Positions 25,201-37,165 of a stretch of DNA of 64,000 bases are shown here, in pieces (positions within the stretch are counted from its first letter, which is position 1; each line of letters begins with the position of its first letter). The notes below the pieces were generated by a model. It saw only the letters and a program-made list of their open reading frames with translations. It was not told the DNA's origin and did not search any database. Source of the stretch: Lama guanicoe. Taxonomy: Eukaryota. The position numbers and the translations under genes are program-made. The stretch lies in NCBI GenBank assembly GCA_013239625.1, contig MU053561.1, positions 2,372,283 through 2,436,282 of the forward strand. The letters run 5' to 3'.

Positions 25201-25568
25201 CTAGAATAATGGATTTTACAATTTCACTATGAACCTGAAAAGTAAGGCAAGGAAGGAGGTCAGAGGAATGTTCCCACGTGGGCTGAAGGCTGGACTCAAA
25301 CACATTCAGAAGAACCCTGTAGCTTCGCCATGTTCTTCATGTGCCCCTGCCCACCCAACCACAGTCCTTTGACCCAGAGGTGAGTATCTGACCCAAGACA
25401 AGCCAGTCAGAGCCCTGCTCAGAAATCTCTGAACTTGGGGCCAGAACGAGAATCAGGCAGCCATAAAAGGTAAACTTGGTGACTTCCATGGGCCAGGCTT
25501 CCTTCTCCATGAGATAGCCAGGTGGCAGCCAAAGAATAAAATTAACACAGGAAAAAAGGCAGAGATGA

Positions 25569-25950
25569 TGGAATACTACTCTGGAGTACAGAGGAATGAA
25601 CTGCAGACACACACAACAGGAGTCGACCTGAGTGAAAGAAGCCAGATAAAAATATGTACCTACCATATGATTCCATTTATACAAAACCCTTGAAAATGCA
25701 AACTAATCTAGAGTGTCAGAAATCAGATCAGTCATTGCTGGGAAGAGGCAAGGAGCGTGAGGAGAGGTAGAATGGGGTGGGAGAGAGAAAGTACAAAGAG
25801 GCGTAGGGAAAATTGTAGGATGATGGATATGGTCCCTGTCTTGATTGTGGTGATGATTCTATGGGTGGGTACATATTTCAAAACTTTTCAATGTGTAAAT
25901 ATGTCCTATTCATTTGATGTCAATGAGACCTCAACAAAGCTGTTTTAACA
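25569..25950 (+). mobile_element. L1MC/MD 3' end
   Basis: tggaatactact...gagtgaaagaagccaga...atgattccatttata...caaactaatctagagtg...cctcaacaaagctg. Confidence 0.85.
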
Positions 25951-25960
25951 TGAAGCAGAG

Positions 25961-26082
25961 GATGGGTGGGTTAGCTCAGTGGCAGAGGGCATACTTAGCA
26001 TGTGCTTAGCATGCACAAGGTCTTGGATTCAATCCTCAGTACCTCCAATATTAAAAAAGTTTAATAAAAAATAAAAGTAAAT
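25961..26082 (+). mobile_element. tRNA-Ala-derived SINE (vic-1 type)
   Basis: tagctcagtggcagag...cttagcatgcacaaggtcttggattcaatcctcagtacctcc + A tail; TSD aagcagag. Confidence 0.9.
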
Positions 26083-26369
26083 AAAGCAGAGATGAGGGGG
26101 GAAAATTTACCCAGAAAGAAGTACAAATGAGGACTGTGTGTAAAACAAGAGAAAGAACGAATTTAGACTGGTATCCAGTTCTCTCGGTCTAGATGCTCAG
26201 CTGCATCTCGAGTTCCGTATCTTAACTCAAACTTAGATGGTCAGGCTAATATATTTACCACTTCACTCAAGCTGAATTTCTATTCTTTGCAGACAGAATA
26301 ATCAAACCATACCCACCCATTCCCAAGAAATAGCCTTAGGGTTAAGATTCCATTTTGGTTCATTTTCTC

Positions 26370-27035
26370 CCTTACCTTTCACACCCAGTTATCACCAAGT
26401 ACAACCAATTCACCTGTAAACACTTGTCCTCTCCCATCCAGACCTGCTGGGAGTCCAGGCTCATATCCTTCTCCAATTAGACTCTTTGCAGCCCATCAGC
26501 TGGGCTTCCTCCCTCTCCTCCCTCCATATTGTTTCCAAAGTTGCATATTTAAAGCGTCCTTTCATGCCCTTTCTTAAAACAATAATACCAACAACTGGTG
26601 AGAACACGTTGCTCACGGCACCTCCCAGCCTGGCCCCAGCATCCCTCTCTAGAGCAAAAAAGTTGTTCTTTGCACATTCCCACTACCTACCCTGGCAGGC
26701 ATCTGACTCCAACAGCACCAGGCGTATTTGCCTTTGAGAGCTCCTGTCCTATTTGTCCACATGACAAATTTCTAACCTATTCAAAGTCCAATTCAAATGT
26801 TACCATTTTTATAGCTTTTTTGGCTCTCTCAGGCTGAATTAATTGCTCCATCATCTCTGTTCCCATATCTCTTATCATCTGTTGTGGTGATGGATGAGTC
26901 TTTCTTTCCCATAAGATGATAAACTTCTGAAGAGCAGGAAGTGTGTCTTATTCATCTTTACAAACCCAGAAACCAGCATAATTCACGAAATGTAGCAGGT
27001 GCTTCATTAATATCTTTCAATTGATTTAAATTGAG
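26370..27035 (+). mobile_element. L2 3' region
   Basis: cagttatcaccaagt...ttcaaagtccaattcaaatgttacc...gtagcaggtgcttcattaata. Confidence 0.65.
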
Positions 27036-29059
27036 GGACTCAAAATAGATCAATGGTTTTCAAGTCTTTTTGAACACCCTTTAATACAACTCTTTTTCAA
27101 AACAAAATGTTACAAGGAATCTCAATATGTAACTCACATAAAGGTGGAACTGACCTCGTTGAAGAGTCAGTGAATGAGTTTGATCTGGAAGCTATTTTAT
27201 CATTTCAGTAGTTTTCTTTCTGTCTGCATCCATGTGGAGCACACTTGCTTTTCTACCACCTTCTTCTGGTTCCTCATCTTCTCCACCACCTAATGAAGGC
27301 TCCACTCATCCTCTGTAGGAGCACCCGGAACCCTCCTGTATCACGAGAGACTCAAAAAGGCAACTCCCCTGTGTTACCAGATACTCCTGCTCACAGCTTT
27401 CCTGGGCCAGAAGAAATTCCAAAATTGTGGGGCAGGAGTGGAGGAGGAAGTTTCTGGACAAAGAGATCCCTAACCACAAAGACAGATCTTATAAAGGGGC
27501 CTCTGGCTGTTTGCTTAAATTATGAAACTAGTTTCCAAAAAGTTAGATGAAAGAATAAGCACTATCTCCAAAGTGCCAAGGAGTCTGCGAGTTAAGCCAC
27601 TGCTGTTAAGTGACTCTCCTATTCATTCATGCAGAGTCTTAATTTAAAATTTTGAGTCTGTGGTCTTTTCTTTCCAGAATTCCACTTTATAGAATTGATT
27701 CTGATATTATTTTCTGTCTTGAATTAATTTCCCCTTGAAGTTTTATAAACAGAGCTGGTTTAATATAAAACCCAATAGGTTCCATTTGGAACTCATAGAA
27801 AGCATTCTGAACATTGTAGCATGCGGAATTTATGATAAAGATAAAATGGTAGCAATTTCATTGTGTTTGTGAGCCAAACGAGGGTATTGGACCAGATGAC
27901 CTCCAAGGCTCCCCCAGCCTTGTGAGTCTATGATTTCTGGGCAGGCGAGAACAATAGTATAGGTTTGGGGTGAATTGTGTGAGAAATAAATTGTTCTTTG
28001 CACAAATGAATAGAATATAATCACAATAAATCTCAGAAAGAACATTTCAACAGAAAGAACATTTCAAAAATTCTCTTCAATGTCTCATTGTAGGTACGGT
28101 TTCATTTTGGTTTATTCTTCTTACTTTCCAAGTAATACCACTAGCTTGGGGTTTCGGGTGTGATTCAGCAAAGGGATTATTTCTATGCGCGCAGGACAGA
28201 GGCCACTAGAGCCACAGACCTGGAGACATTTGGCAAGGTCAGTAGGACAAAGTGAAGAAAAGAGATAACTTTTTATGGTTGCTAAAAATGGAGAAAGAGA
28301 ATGTTTCAAAAGTTGATTTGTTGATAGAAATTCAACATGTATTTGTCCAAATCATTAAAGTTCTATGGTTAGTTACCACGCTAGATCCCAAGAGCCATTT
28401 AACCCAAAATATGAGAGGACCATTAAAAGCTTTGTTTTGATATATTTAACCTCATAGCATCATTTTCTTGAGAAAAAAAATCCATTCTGGCTGGGTTCTC
28501 TGCTTTGATGCCACGGACATGTCTCCCTCAGCCTAGCAGAAGAAACAGACCTGCAGTGGTGGGGACGACCGTGGGCACTGGTCCCAGCTACTCACAGTTC
28601 ATCCAAGCTTTACATCTGCCTAAGAGAAGGCAAAATTATTCCAAACTGGGGAACAAGGAAAAGTTATCTTGAAAGGTGGAGTTGTGAATGTCGACTCTCC
28701 TCACTCTTCTGTTTATTCACTAAATTGAATATTCACCACAGACTGATTGTCTTAGCATTAATTTAGAGTCCTGTTTTGTGACCATGATTGAGAGCTCAGA
28801 GGTGTTTTTTCTCTGCTCTTTGTTATAATTAGTAAATGGTTTTATGTTCCTTGATTATAATGAATTTTTGAATTTCATTATAATATCTAAATTGATCATT
28901 ATCACAAATGGATGTCAGTATTTGGCTGTGAGTGTTTTTCTTTTAGCAGAAATGAATGATCCGAATTTCTTGAATTACTATCTTGGGTTTCTTTTTTAAA
29001 ATACTGGAAGAGAAAAAAAAATAGAATGATAAAGTATATTTTGAACCAAACGCAAGCTC

Positions 29060-29640
29060 AACCATTCATTTAACAAACATTTACTGAGTATCAACCATTG
29101 GACTGAGTCCTCTGGAGTAAACAAATATGAATAATTTACATTTCCTGCACTCTTGGAACTGATGAATTACAGGAAATAAAACAGATAAATAAATAACTCT
29201 ATTGAAGGTAAAATGAGTAAATACCATAAGAGATGACAGGGTTCTTTGGGCAACAAAGAAGGGGAAGAAAACATTCAGCTGAGACAGGAGAAGTTTCCTG
29301 GAGAAATTCGTGCATAAACTAGTACTTCTTCGAGAAACAGAATTTAAGAAGTGATGGGAAGGGGCCCCAAGAGGAGAGAAATGGAAAACCATTGGTGGTT
29401 TTAGAAAGGGAGAGTGACATGGTTTAGCCGAGTGGTTTAGAAAGCAGACAGATACTAGCCCAACAACAACTGTAACGATTTAAATGAGGTTGAGGTGCTT
29501 GAACCAAATGAAGCTGGTGTGTACAGAGCATGCAGATGTGAGAGATGCCAAGGAAGCAGAATCTACTAGCCTTGGGAAACCTTTAGAAACAAGAAGTGGA
29601 AACACAGATTTGAAAATCAGTGCAGGTTATTGTTGAAATT
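29060..29640 (-). mobile_element. L2 fragment
   Basis: cattcatttaacaaacatttactgagta...gagagtgacatggtt. Confidence 0.75.
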
Positions 29641-29646
29641 ACAGAC

Positions 29647-29837
29647 TAGTGGTTTTCAAGCTTATCAAACACAAGAATTACCTGCAGAGCTTAAGTATCA
29701 GTGCAGATTCCAGGCTCCACCCTTGGGTGTAAAGATTCAGTAGGGTTTAGGTTTGCTCCTGGGAATTCGTACTTTTAAGCAGCATTCCAGAGGTTCTGGG
29801 TGCAGCTGGTGCACTGATCACACTTTGAGAAACTGAG
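29647..29837. mobile_element. MER5-family MITE
   Basis: TIRs agtggttttcaag ... cacactttgagaaact; gattcagtagg core. Confidence 0.75.
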
Positions 29838-29924
29838 CCATGGAAATAGAGATGACCAAGAGGGCGTGCAGAGAACCAAAGGTGGCTGAGATGGCCCTTT
29901 GGAAAATGAGGAAGAGAATCTGCA

Positions 29925-30725
29925 CACTGGAGCTCCTACCAAGTGCTTCTCCGTGACCTGAGGTCAAAGGTCACCTTCTGGGCGCTTATGTTCTAATGTA
30001 AAAGATTACATACAATAGACAAACACAGAAACAAAATGGTTTTAAATGGTCCCATGGAGAAATTAAAGTAGAATAAGGGCTTGAGAGGGATGGGGTTTGG
30101 AGGTGGAGGGTGAAAGGAGGTGGGAGGAGAGTGGGGGCAGCGCTCTTGGACTGAATCATGAGGAAAAGCCTCTTGGAAAATGACAGTCAGTGGGCACCTA
30201 AGGGGGGGAGATGGCCACAGGAGGTCAGGAGGAAGAGCATCGCAGGCATAGGAACATGATGCGTGAAGGCTATGAGCTGCGAAACGGCCGTGTGTTTGGG
30301 GAGTGGCTGCGGCGCCAGGGTCCAGCGGGGCTGGAGCCGAGTGAGGCAGGGCTGAGAAGTAAGAGGTGAGGGCACAGGAGCAAACAGGAGCAGGTGGTGG
30401 AAGGAGGCCTTGTAGGTCACGGCAAGGATTTTAGAGTTGATGCTATGGTGTGTGGGGAGCTCACTGGAGGCTTTGAGTAGGAGAGTGGCGTGATCTGACT
30501 TGCTTTTTGGAAAGATCACTTTGCCTGCTGCGGACTGCAGAGAACCAGTGTGGTCCTGGGGATGAGCTGGAGGGACCAAGGTCATCCCAGGTAGGCTGTG
30601 GAGGCTGAGACGTGGATGGCAGCAGTGGACACGGTGAGGAAGGGGCAAACCTGCCGTGTTATGAAGGTAGAAATGACATAAACTGCTGATGGATGAGCTG
30701 TGTGGTATGAGGGAAATTTCTAGTT
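29925..30725 (-). mobile_element. L2a fragment
   Basis: aggccttgtaggtcacggcaaggattttagagt...ttttggaaagatcactttgcctgct. Confidence 0.8.
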
Positions 30726-31071
30726 TTTTGAGTCTTTGTATTTTGGTGCCAGGAACAATTGAACACTTATGAGATGAAGCTGATGAGGTGTGATGGGAGC
30801 TAAGGGAAAGAGGGCTTCAGGCTCTAATTTGTCTTGGTTTTGCTAATGCCTCGAACCATGATGACGCATGGTAAGCTCTTAAATTATTTCTTGAATGAAT
30901 TATTGAAAGACTCAATGCTGCAGAATAGCTAAGAAGGAAAGGACTGGGGGAAAAAAATCCCAGGGTGGGGGTTCTAAATGTGTAGGGGCACTTTTGATTG
31001 TCACAATGACTGAGAAATACTATTGGCACCAATCACATCGAAGCTCTTGAAGTCACCGCCAGGTCTACTAC

Positions 31072-31620
31072 GCTAACCATTTTAAAGTGTACAATCCAGT
31101 GACGTTTTGTACCTTCACAGTGCTGTGCAACCATTATCACTATTTCCAGAACATTTTCATCTCCTCAAAATGAAACACTGTGCCCCTTAAGCAGTTACTC
31201 CCCAATTCCACCTTCTCCCTCTCCTGGCAACTACTAATCTGCTCTCTGTCTCTATGGATTTGCTTATTCTAGATATTTCATACACACTGAATCATGCAAT
31301 CTGTGGCCTCTGTGTCTGGCTTTGTTCACTTAGCATTCTGTTTTCCAGGTTCATCCGCACTGTAGCATATATCAGCATGGCATCCCATTTTAAGGACAAA
31401 TAATGTTCCATTGCATGGATGTACCACATTTGGCTTATCCATTCATTCATTGGTGGATATTTCAGTTGTTTGCATCTTTGTGAATAGTGCTGCTATAAAT
31501 ATTTGAGTACAAGGTTTTATTTGTACCTGTCTTCAGCTTTGGGAGGGAAGACATATAGGAGTGAAATTGCTGAGTTAGATGATAATTTTATGTTTAAACT
31601 TATTGAGGAAATGCCAAACA
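31072..31620 (-). mobile_element. L1MB-type 3' end
   Basis: ccattttaaagtgtacaatccagtg...ttccagaacattttcatc...tctatggatttgcttattctagatatttcata. Confidence 0.9.
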
Positions 31621-32599
31621 ACTGAGCATCTTTTAAGGCATCCTTTCTGAAGTCTCTCTTGACCTGTCCTTTCTCCTTCCACTGGCGTATCCCTTATCAT
31701 CACTGTTCCCAATGTCCACATGTCTCCTGGCTCCTGAGCCTTGAATTTAGTAACCTTACATTACCTGTCTCCTGTTAGTAGATTGTAAACTCCTAGAGGG
31801 AAGAACCCAGGCCTTATTTTTCTTTGTATTGTTTGCTGTAACCTCTTTTGCCTCTGGTGAATTATAAGCTCTCAATTAATCTTTGCTGGGAACATGACAG
31901 TTCTCAGTGCAGAAAAGACTTGGCTTCAAACAGGGTGACTTCTCATCTGGGGAGTGAAGAACTTCAGATGCTACAAAGTAGTAATTGCTATTTTTCTCTG
32001 TAATTGCTGGGGCTGTGCTGGCACACCAAGGTTGCTGTTACATTTATTTAGGCAAAGAAGAAGAGGGTGTATGTGTCTGTGTGTATGGGGAAGAGGAGGC
32101 TGTGGTTTTCATGTTGCAGCTTTGTGACAGCTACATTTGTAAAATCTGTCCACCAGCCAAGTGAGCTCAACCAACATACAAGAAACTTCTCAGGATTTCA
32201 TCTTCGAACAAGCCCGAGTTGCTGGGCTTCTCCACTGCTATGCTGATTATCTGAAAAGGCTGCATTTTATAAGCCATGGTTCTGCCTAGAGAGCCCGAAT
32301 TTTTGGCAATCTATCTTGCAAAATCCCAGGGTTTTAATTAAATTGCTTTCAAAGTAGCTTTACTTAATGGGTCATAGGACCAAATGTTGAATTAACACAA
32401 AGCATTTCCTAAATGGAGTGAAAACAAATGGGAGGTGGCTTCCCATGTGAGCTTCCTGTAATTGGAACCACCAATCAGAGGTGTCGCGTGAGGGCTCCCT
32501 GATGGAATGCTTTTTGTCTCGGAGTCAGCATACGAAATTAAATGCTGAAAAAGTGTTGACTTTCCAAGTGCAAAAGCGCTGAGGATCAGACAGAGAAGC

Positions 32600-33905
32600 A
32601 AAAGGCATGGCTTCTGCTTGCTAAGAGCTTATAATCTAGCTGGGGGGAGGAGGGGGAGGTGAGAAATAGACGCATAAATGATAAATATCAATTTCAGATA
32701 TGCAGGAGCTAAAGGGGTAATGTAAACGAGTAGCAGTATTAGGTAGGGCAGGGGTCGGGGTGGGGGTGCGGGGAGAGATGCTGCTGGAGCAGTCCATGAA
32801 GTATGGAGAAGTACGTTAAGACAGGCAGGCGAGTTGTTGGTTCCAAGTGAAGAGCATGATGCATGTCAGGAGCCAGCCATGGTCAAGGGTCATCGAGTCA
32901 ATTAGCCTAAATGGAACAGGATATTCAGGTAAGGGAATATGGGGACACTCGAATGGCAAGGGCATTTTGGGCAATCAGACTGAAAAGAGCATGGGAAATA
33001 AAAATAAGTTAAGACTTTATCCTGTAGGGAATGAGAAGCCATTTGGGCTTCTGAGAGGGAGAGTGACACATTGACAGTTATATTTATGGAAAAGTAATCT
33101 AACAAGGTTTTATAGGCTGATGTCAAGGTAGAAAATAATGGAAAAGAGAAATAAGTTAAGAAGCTATTGAAATAGTCCAGCCAAGAACTGAGAGCTTAAA
33201 CTAGAGCAGTGGCAACAGGGATGTGAAGAAAGGTGAGACTGTCCCAGTGAGTAGATTCTTGTCTCATGGCAGAAAGAACACAGAAAAGAGACATGGAGGT
33301 CAAGAGAGTAAAGTGGGGATTATTAATGGATAGACAGCCTGCTTTTAAGGAGAGAGCTGGTGGGCTCAGGTGAGCAGCTGCCCTGAGTTTCTTTGGCAAG
33401 TTGGTTACATAGGGTGTCAAAATGAATGGGCGGAATATTCGTTGGGGAGGGAAGGGTTTGGGGTTGTATTCCTTGATTTTCATCTCAGCTCCACCTTCTG
33501 GAAGGAAGGAGGGATTTTTGTCCTTTAGTCAGGATCAGAAGTGTCACGGTGTCGATGCATGATGGGTAATTCTAATCTGCAAGGCTAATTTTATTGTAAT
33601 GAAGGCATAATGAGCAACAGGTTACATTCGGACAATGGAGATTCCTGCCTTTTCCCACCTTTTCTCGTGAGCCTCCAGGCCACTTGCCACCCCAAAGTGT
33701 ATGATTTCTTCCCAGTCCCAAGGTTCCGGCTTTTCTCTGTCGGCCCAGGGACCCCCCATTATTTACAAGATGTATGGGTTCCTGCATTTGGCTCATGCCC
33801 CCTTTTTTTCAACCCAATTCCTACCATTTGGCCTGCGTCCCCATTTCTTTGCTCATATCTAGCTATCTGCCTGCTCTAACAGGACTAGGAGGTGGATTCA
33901 TAAAT
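32600..33905 (-). mobile_element. L2 fragment hosting an LTR
   Basis: gagcttataatctag...ttaagaagctattgaaatagtccag...ttaaactagagcagtggca. Confidence 0.65.
33240..33881 (-). mobile_element. solo ERV LTR (~640 bp, ERV1-like, probably lineage-specific)
   Basis: TG...CA termini (tgtccc...ctaaca); 4-bp flanks agac/ggac; interrupts an L2. Confidence 0.7.
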
Positions 33906-34032
33906 AAAGTTGGGCTTTCTTTAGTTTTAGACAGATTTTTTTTAAACTGTTAGTTTTTATGTTTAATTTTTCTATTTCTACTTTATATTTTCCAGACACT
34001 GCTCTGTTAGAAATTGTGACCTCCTTATCTCA

Positions 34033-34572
34033 TGAAGGGGATCATAATGTGCCACCCCGAAATATGCCACTTTGGCTGAAGGATTATTTTGAGCTGAAGG
34101 CAATTAAGAAATAGCAGACCCAGGAGAAACTCTCTGCCCTCCCCCTACTGCCTGAAAACAGAGCATAAATTTCCATTTATGAAGGTTTCTCCCTCTCCAG
34201 CACCACAGAGAGGGGAACAATTTTAATCACCAGAGACAGCACTGACTTATGTCTGCGTAACAAACCTTACTAAATAACCTTCATTTACCATACTTTTCCT
34301 AGCCACCTTCCCACAATTTACTACCGCTAAAAGCCCAAACCATCCCCTTCCTTTGTCTAACCACTTCTCTACAATTCAGCACCTTTTGTTAAAGTGGTAT
34401 ATGTAAGCCCTTGGGTCTAACCTCTTCTTTGGGTTTTCACTTCTTTTATGTGAAGACCCCATGTGCATGCAAAATCAACCTTTCTCCTGTCAGTCTGTCT
34501 TTTGTCAGTTTAATTTGCAGGATGCAGGTACTGAACATAAGAGGATAGAGGAAAAGTTTTTCTTTCTCTATA
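34033..34572 (+). mobile_element. MER34-family ERV1 solo LTR
   Basis: tgaagggg...gccaccccgaaatatgccactttggc...ggattattttgagctgaaggcaatt; flanks ctca/ctga. Confidence 0.85.
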
Positions 34573-34699
34573 CTGAACATTCAACAGTGCCCTCAAGCAA
34601 CTGCTCAATACTAAATCATGTGACCACTTTCATCTATAGCCTTGATTCTAAATCTTAAGTGGGTCCTAAGTGCTGCCTGGTAATATGAATACATTTCTC

Positions 34700-36760
34700 T
34701 AGGAAATTCACTGGAGTGTGAGCTCTACATGAGCAAGGATTCCTGTTCTGTTCACTGGTATATCCCACAAGCCTAGAATACCGCCTGGCACGTAGCATGT
34801 GCAGTGATTGTTATGGACAAGTATTCCACACTTTGTCCTCTTCCCTCAGACCTTAAACCCTTTTACTGCAATACTCAGCTGTTAGCCTTGATACTTGCTT
34901 CACTGAGAAAGTGGAATTAATCTGAGAAGAATATCCATATGCTCCCACAACAAAGTTAACCACCCCCTTGCAACCTTACCCATATTTGCTCCTTCCCACT
35001 TACCACAAAGGACAGCTTGTCCCAGCTTCTATCTACGTCTGATTCTCCCAATTGTGCACTGCATCCCACCCGCTTCTGCCTACTCAAGATTTTGCTCCCA
35101 AAGTTGACTCTTCTCTCTCCTGCATCATCAGAATAATTCCCATCAGAATACAGATTAGTTTAGGAGAAATCCTTGGGGCAGAAAAGTTCAGAGGTACTCT
35201 GCTGTGTGCTTGGGTGCTGGCAACCTGCATAGAACTGTCAAACAGAAGTGTCTTTAGGTGGCCGTGGGCAACCAAAGCATCTGCCAGAGGAGTGGACTGC
35301 AGTTTTCCCAATGCATCATTCTATGCTGTACACTTAGTATGTGCTCAATAAATATTTCCTGAAGAATGAGTAATATCCCTCATCATAAACTGTCCCTCTC
35401 TTGACAGTACATCCTTTCAACTACTGTTCTGTTCTTCTGCACCCTTTTATAGAAAAGTCCACATATGCTTGCTGTTTCATTTTCTAGCCTCTCAGTCTCT
35501 TGTAATCTCACTCCTGTCGTGCCTTCATCTTTACCAGTCTGCTGAAACTCTGAGATCACGGATGACCTCCATTTTGCCAAATCCAGTTCTTAGATCTCAT
35601 GACTTGACCATTCATGCATACATCTGACCCAGAGAATCACCCTTCCTTCTCTTTGTCCTCACTGGCCTCTCTTTCTCAGTCTCATTTGCTGGTTCCCACT
35701 CTGCTCTCCAACTTCTTAGTGTTGGAGTGTTCCAGTCTCTGCCCTCAGACATCTCTTTTCTATCACACTCATTCCCACAATTTACACCCTATCTATATGC
35801 TGATAATGCTCAAATTCATTTCCAGGTTCTGAATTTGAGACTCGTATCTCCTCTTAGATTTTGAATAAACATCTTTCTCTCTCTCTTCTTTTAATGTCAG
35901 GTGCATAGAAATGAATTAATTAAAACTTTTGTTGACAACACACTTGTTTTTTTATCAATGCTTGGCCTTCTTTAAATTGATCGATTAACTGATTGATTGA
36001 TTTAAATGCTATAATAAATCTGAACACACCACCCAGTACAGAAAATAGAACATTTACAATAATGTAAGTTACACTCTATGGTCTTCCTCCACCGCATCCC
36101 TGTACCACTCCCCACCCAGTCAACACCCTCTCACCATCTCCATTACCATAATTGCCCAAACTACCATCACCTCTCTCTGGGACTTCTGACTGGTCTCCCT
36201 GCTTCTTTTTTTGCATCACCTCCCACCCCTGCCCCCAGCCAATCTATTCTTTTCATTGTATCCAGAGTGATTCTTTAAGGTCAGCTCACACAAATTCTAC
36301 ATGACCCTAGTCATAACTTCCAATGGCTTCCCACCTCATGCCGGATAAAATCCAAAACCTTACAATCCATGACCAAGCCCTACATTATCTGATCCTCTGG
36401 GTCCTCATTTGCTATCATCCTTCTCCCTGTTTCTTCGGCCTAATGTCTTTGAAATTGCTATTCCAACTGCCTACAATACTCTTTCCCAAAATATCCCCAC
36501 ATCACTCTTCCTTATTTTATCCAGGTTGTTACTCATCAGTGAAGCTTTCTCAGCGAACCTCTTCGTGAAGAACAGCATCCCTCCTCCACTTCCTGAGTCA
36601 CTTCCCAACTCCCTCATTCTGTCGGCTTTACCTTATTACATATGCATCTGTTCATTGTCTGTCTCCTCCCAGCAGAAGGAATGTTCCACGGGGCAGGGAC
36701 CCGGTCTTGTTCACCACTTTAACCCCCACCTAGAAGAGTGTCTGGTGCACAGGAGGCACT
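34700..36760 (+). mobile_element. L2 fragments
   Basis: ttcactgagaaa; gacctccattttgccaaatcca; tatatgctgataatgctcaaatt; gtctggtgcacaggaggcact. Confidence 0.75.
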
Positions 36761-37165
36761 GTTGCAGCTTAGATTTCCTGGGAAGGAGACTCTAAGACAG
36801 GGTTTAGTGTGCATGACTTCGATTAGGGCGTGCTCTTGGGATCTAGAGCTATAAAGGGAAGGGAAGGAGACAAAATTGGGCAGAGGGAGAAGCTGGGGGA
36901 TGATATAGCCTTCGTACGTCCTCAGCCAATTCCAAGGATGGCCCTTTGGAGTTGTACCCAAGGCCTGGGACTTTAGAAACCCATGTAGGTCAATCACTCA
37001 TGGGGCTCACCTTAGGAAGGGGGCATGACCTTGGAGGAGGGGCTCTGCTTAGCTCGGCAATAGTGTAGTGGGCTGACAGCTGAGCACTTCCTGCCAGCAG
37101 AGCTCCCAGGATCTGGGGAAATCATTCGCTCATTTCTGAAGAGAGGTCCGGGTGCACAGGGCTCA
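36760..37165 (-). mobile_element. ERVL LTR (LTR16-like)
   Basis: gatttcctgggaaggagactctaagac...gtgctcttgggatc...ttgggcagagggagaagctg. Confidence 0.7.

Larger units (their letters stand above)
25260..26320 (+). mobile_element. MLT1-type LTR split by L1M and SINE
   Basis: ctgacccaagacaagccagtcagagccc; 3' end gctgaatttctattctttgcagacagaa. Confidence 0.55.
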
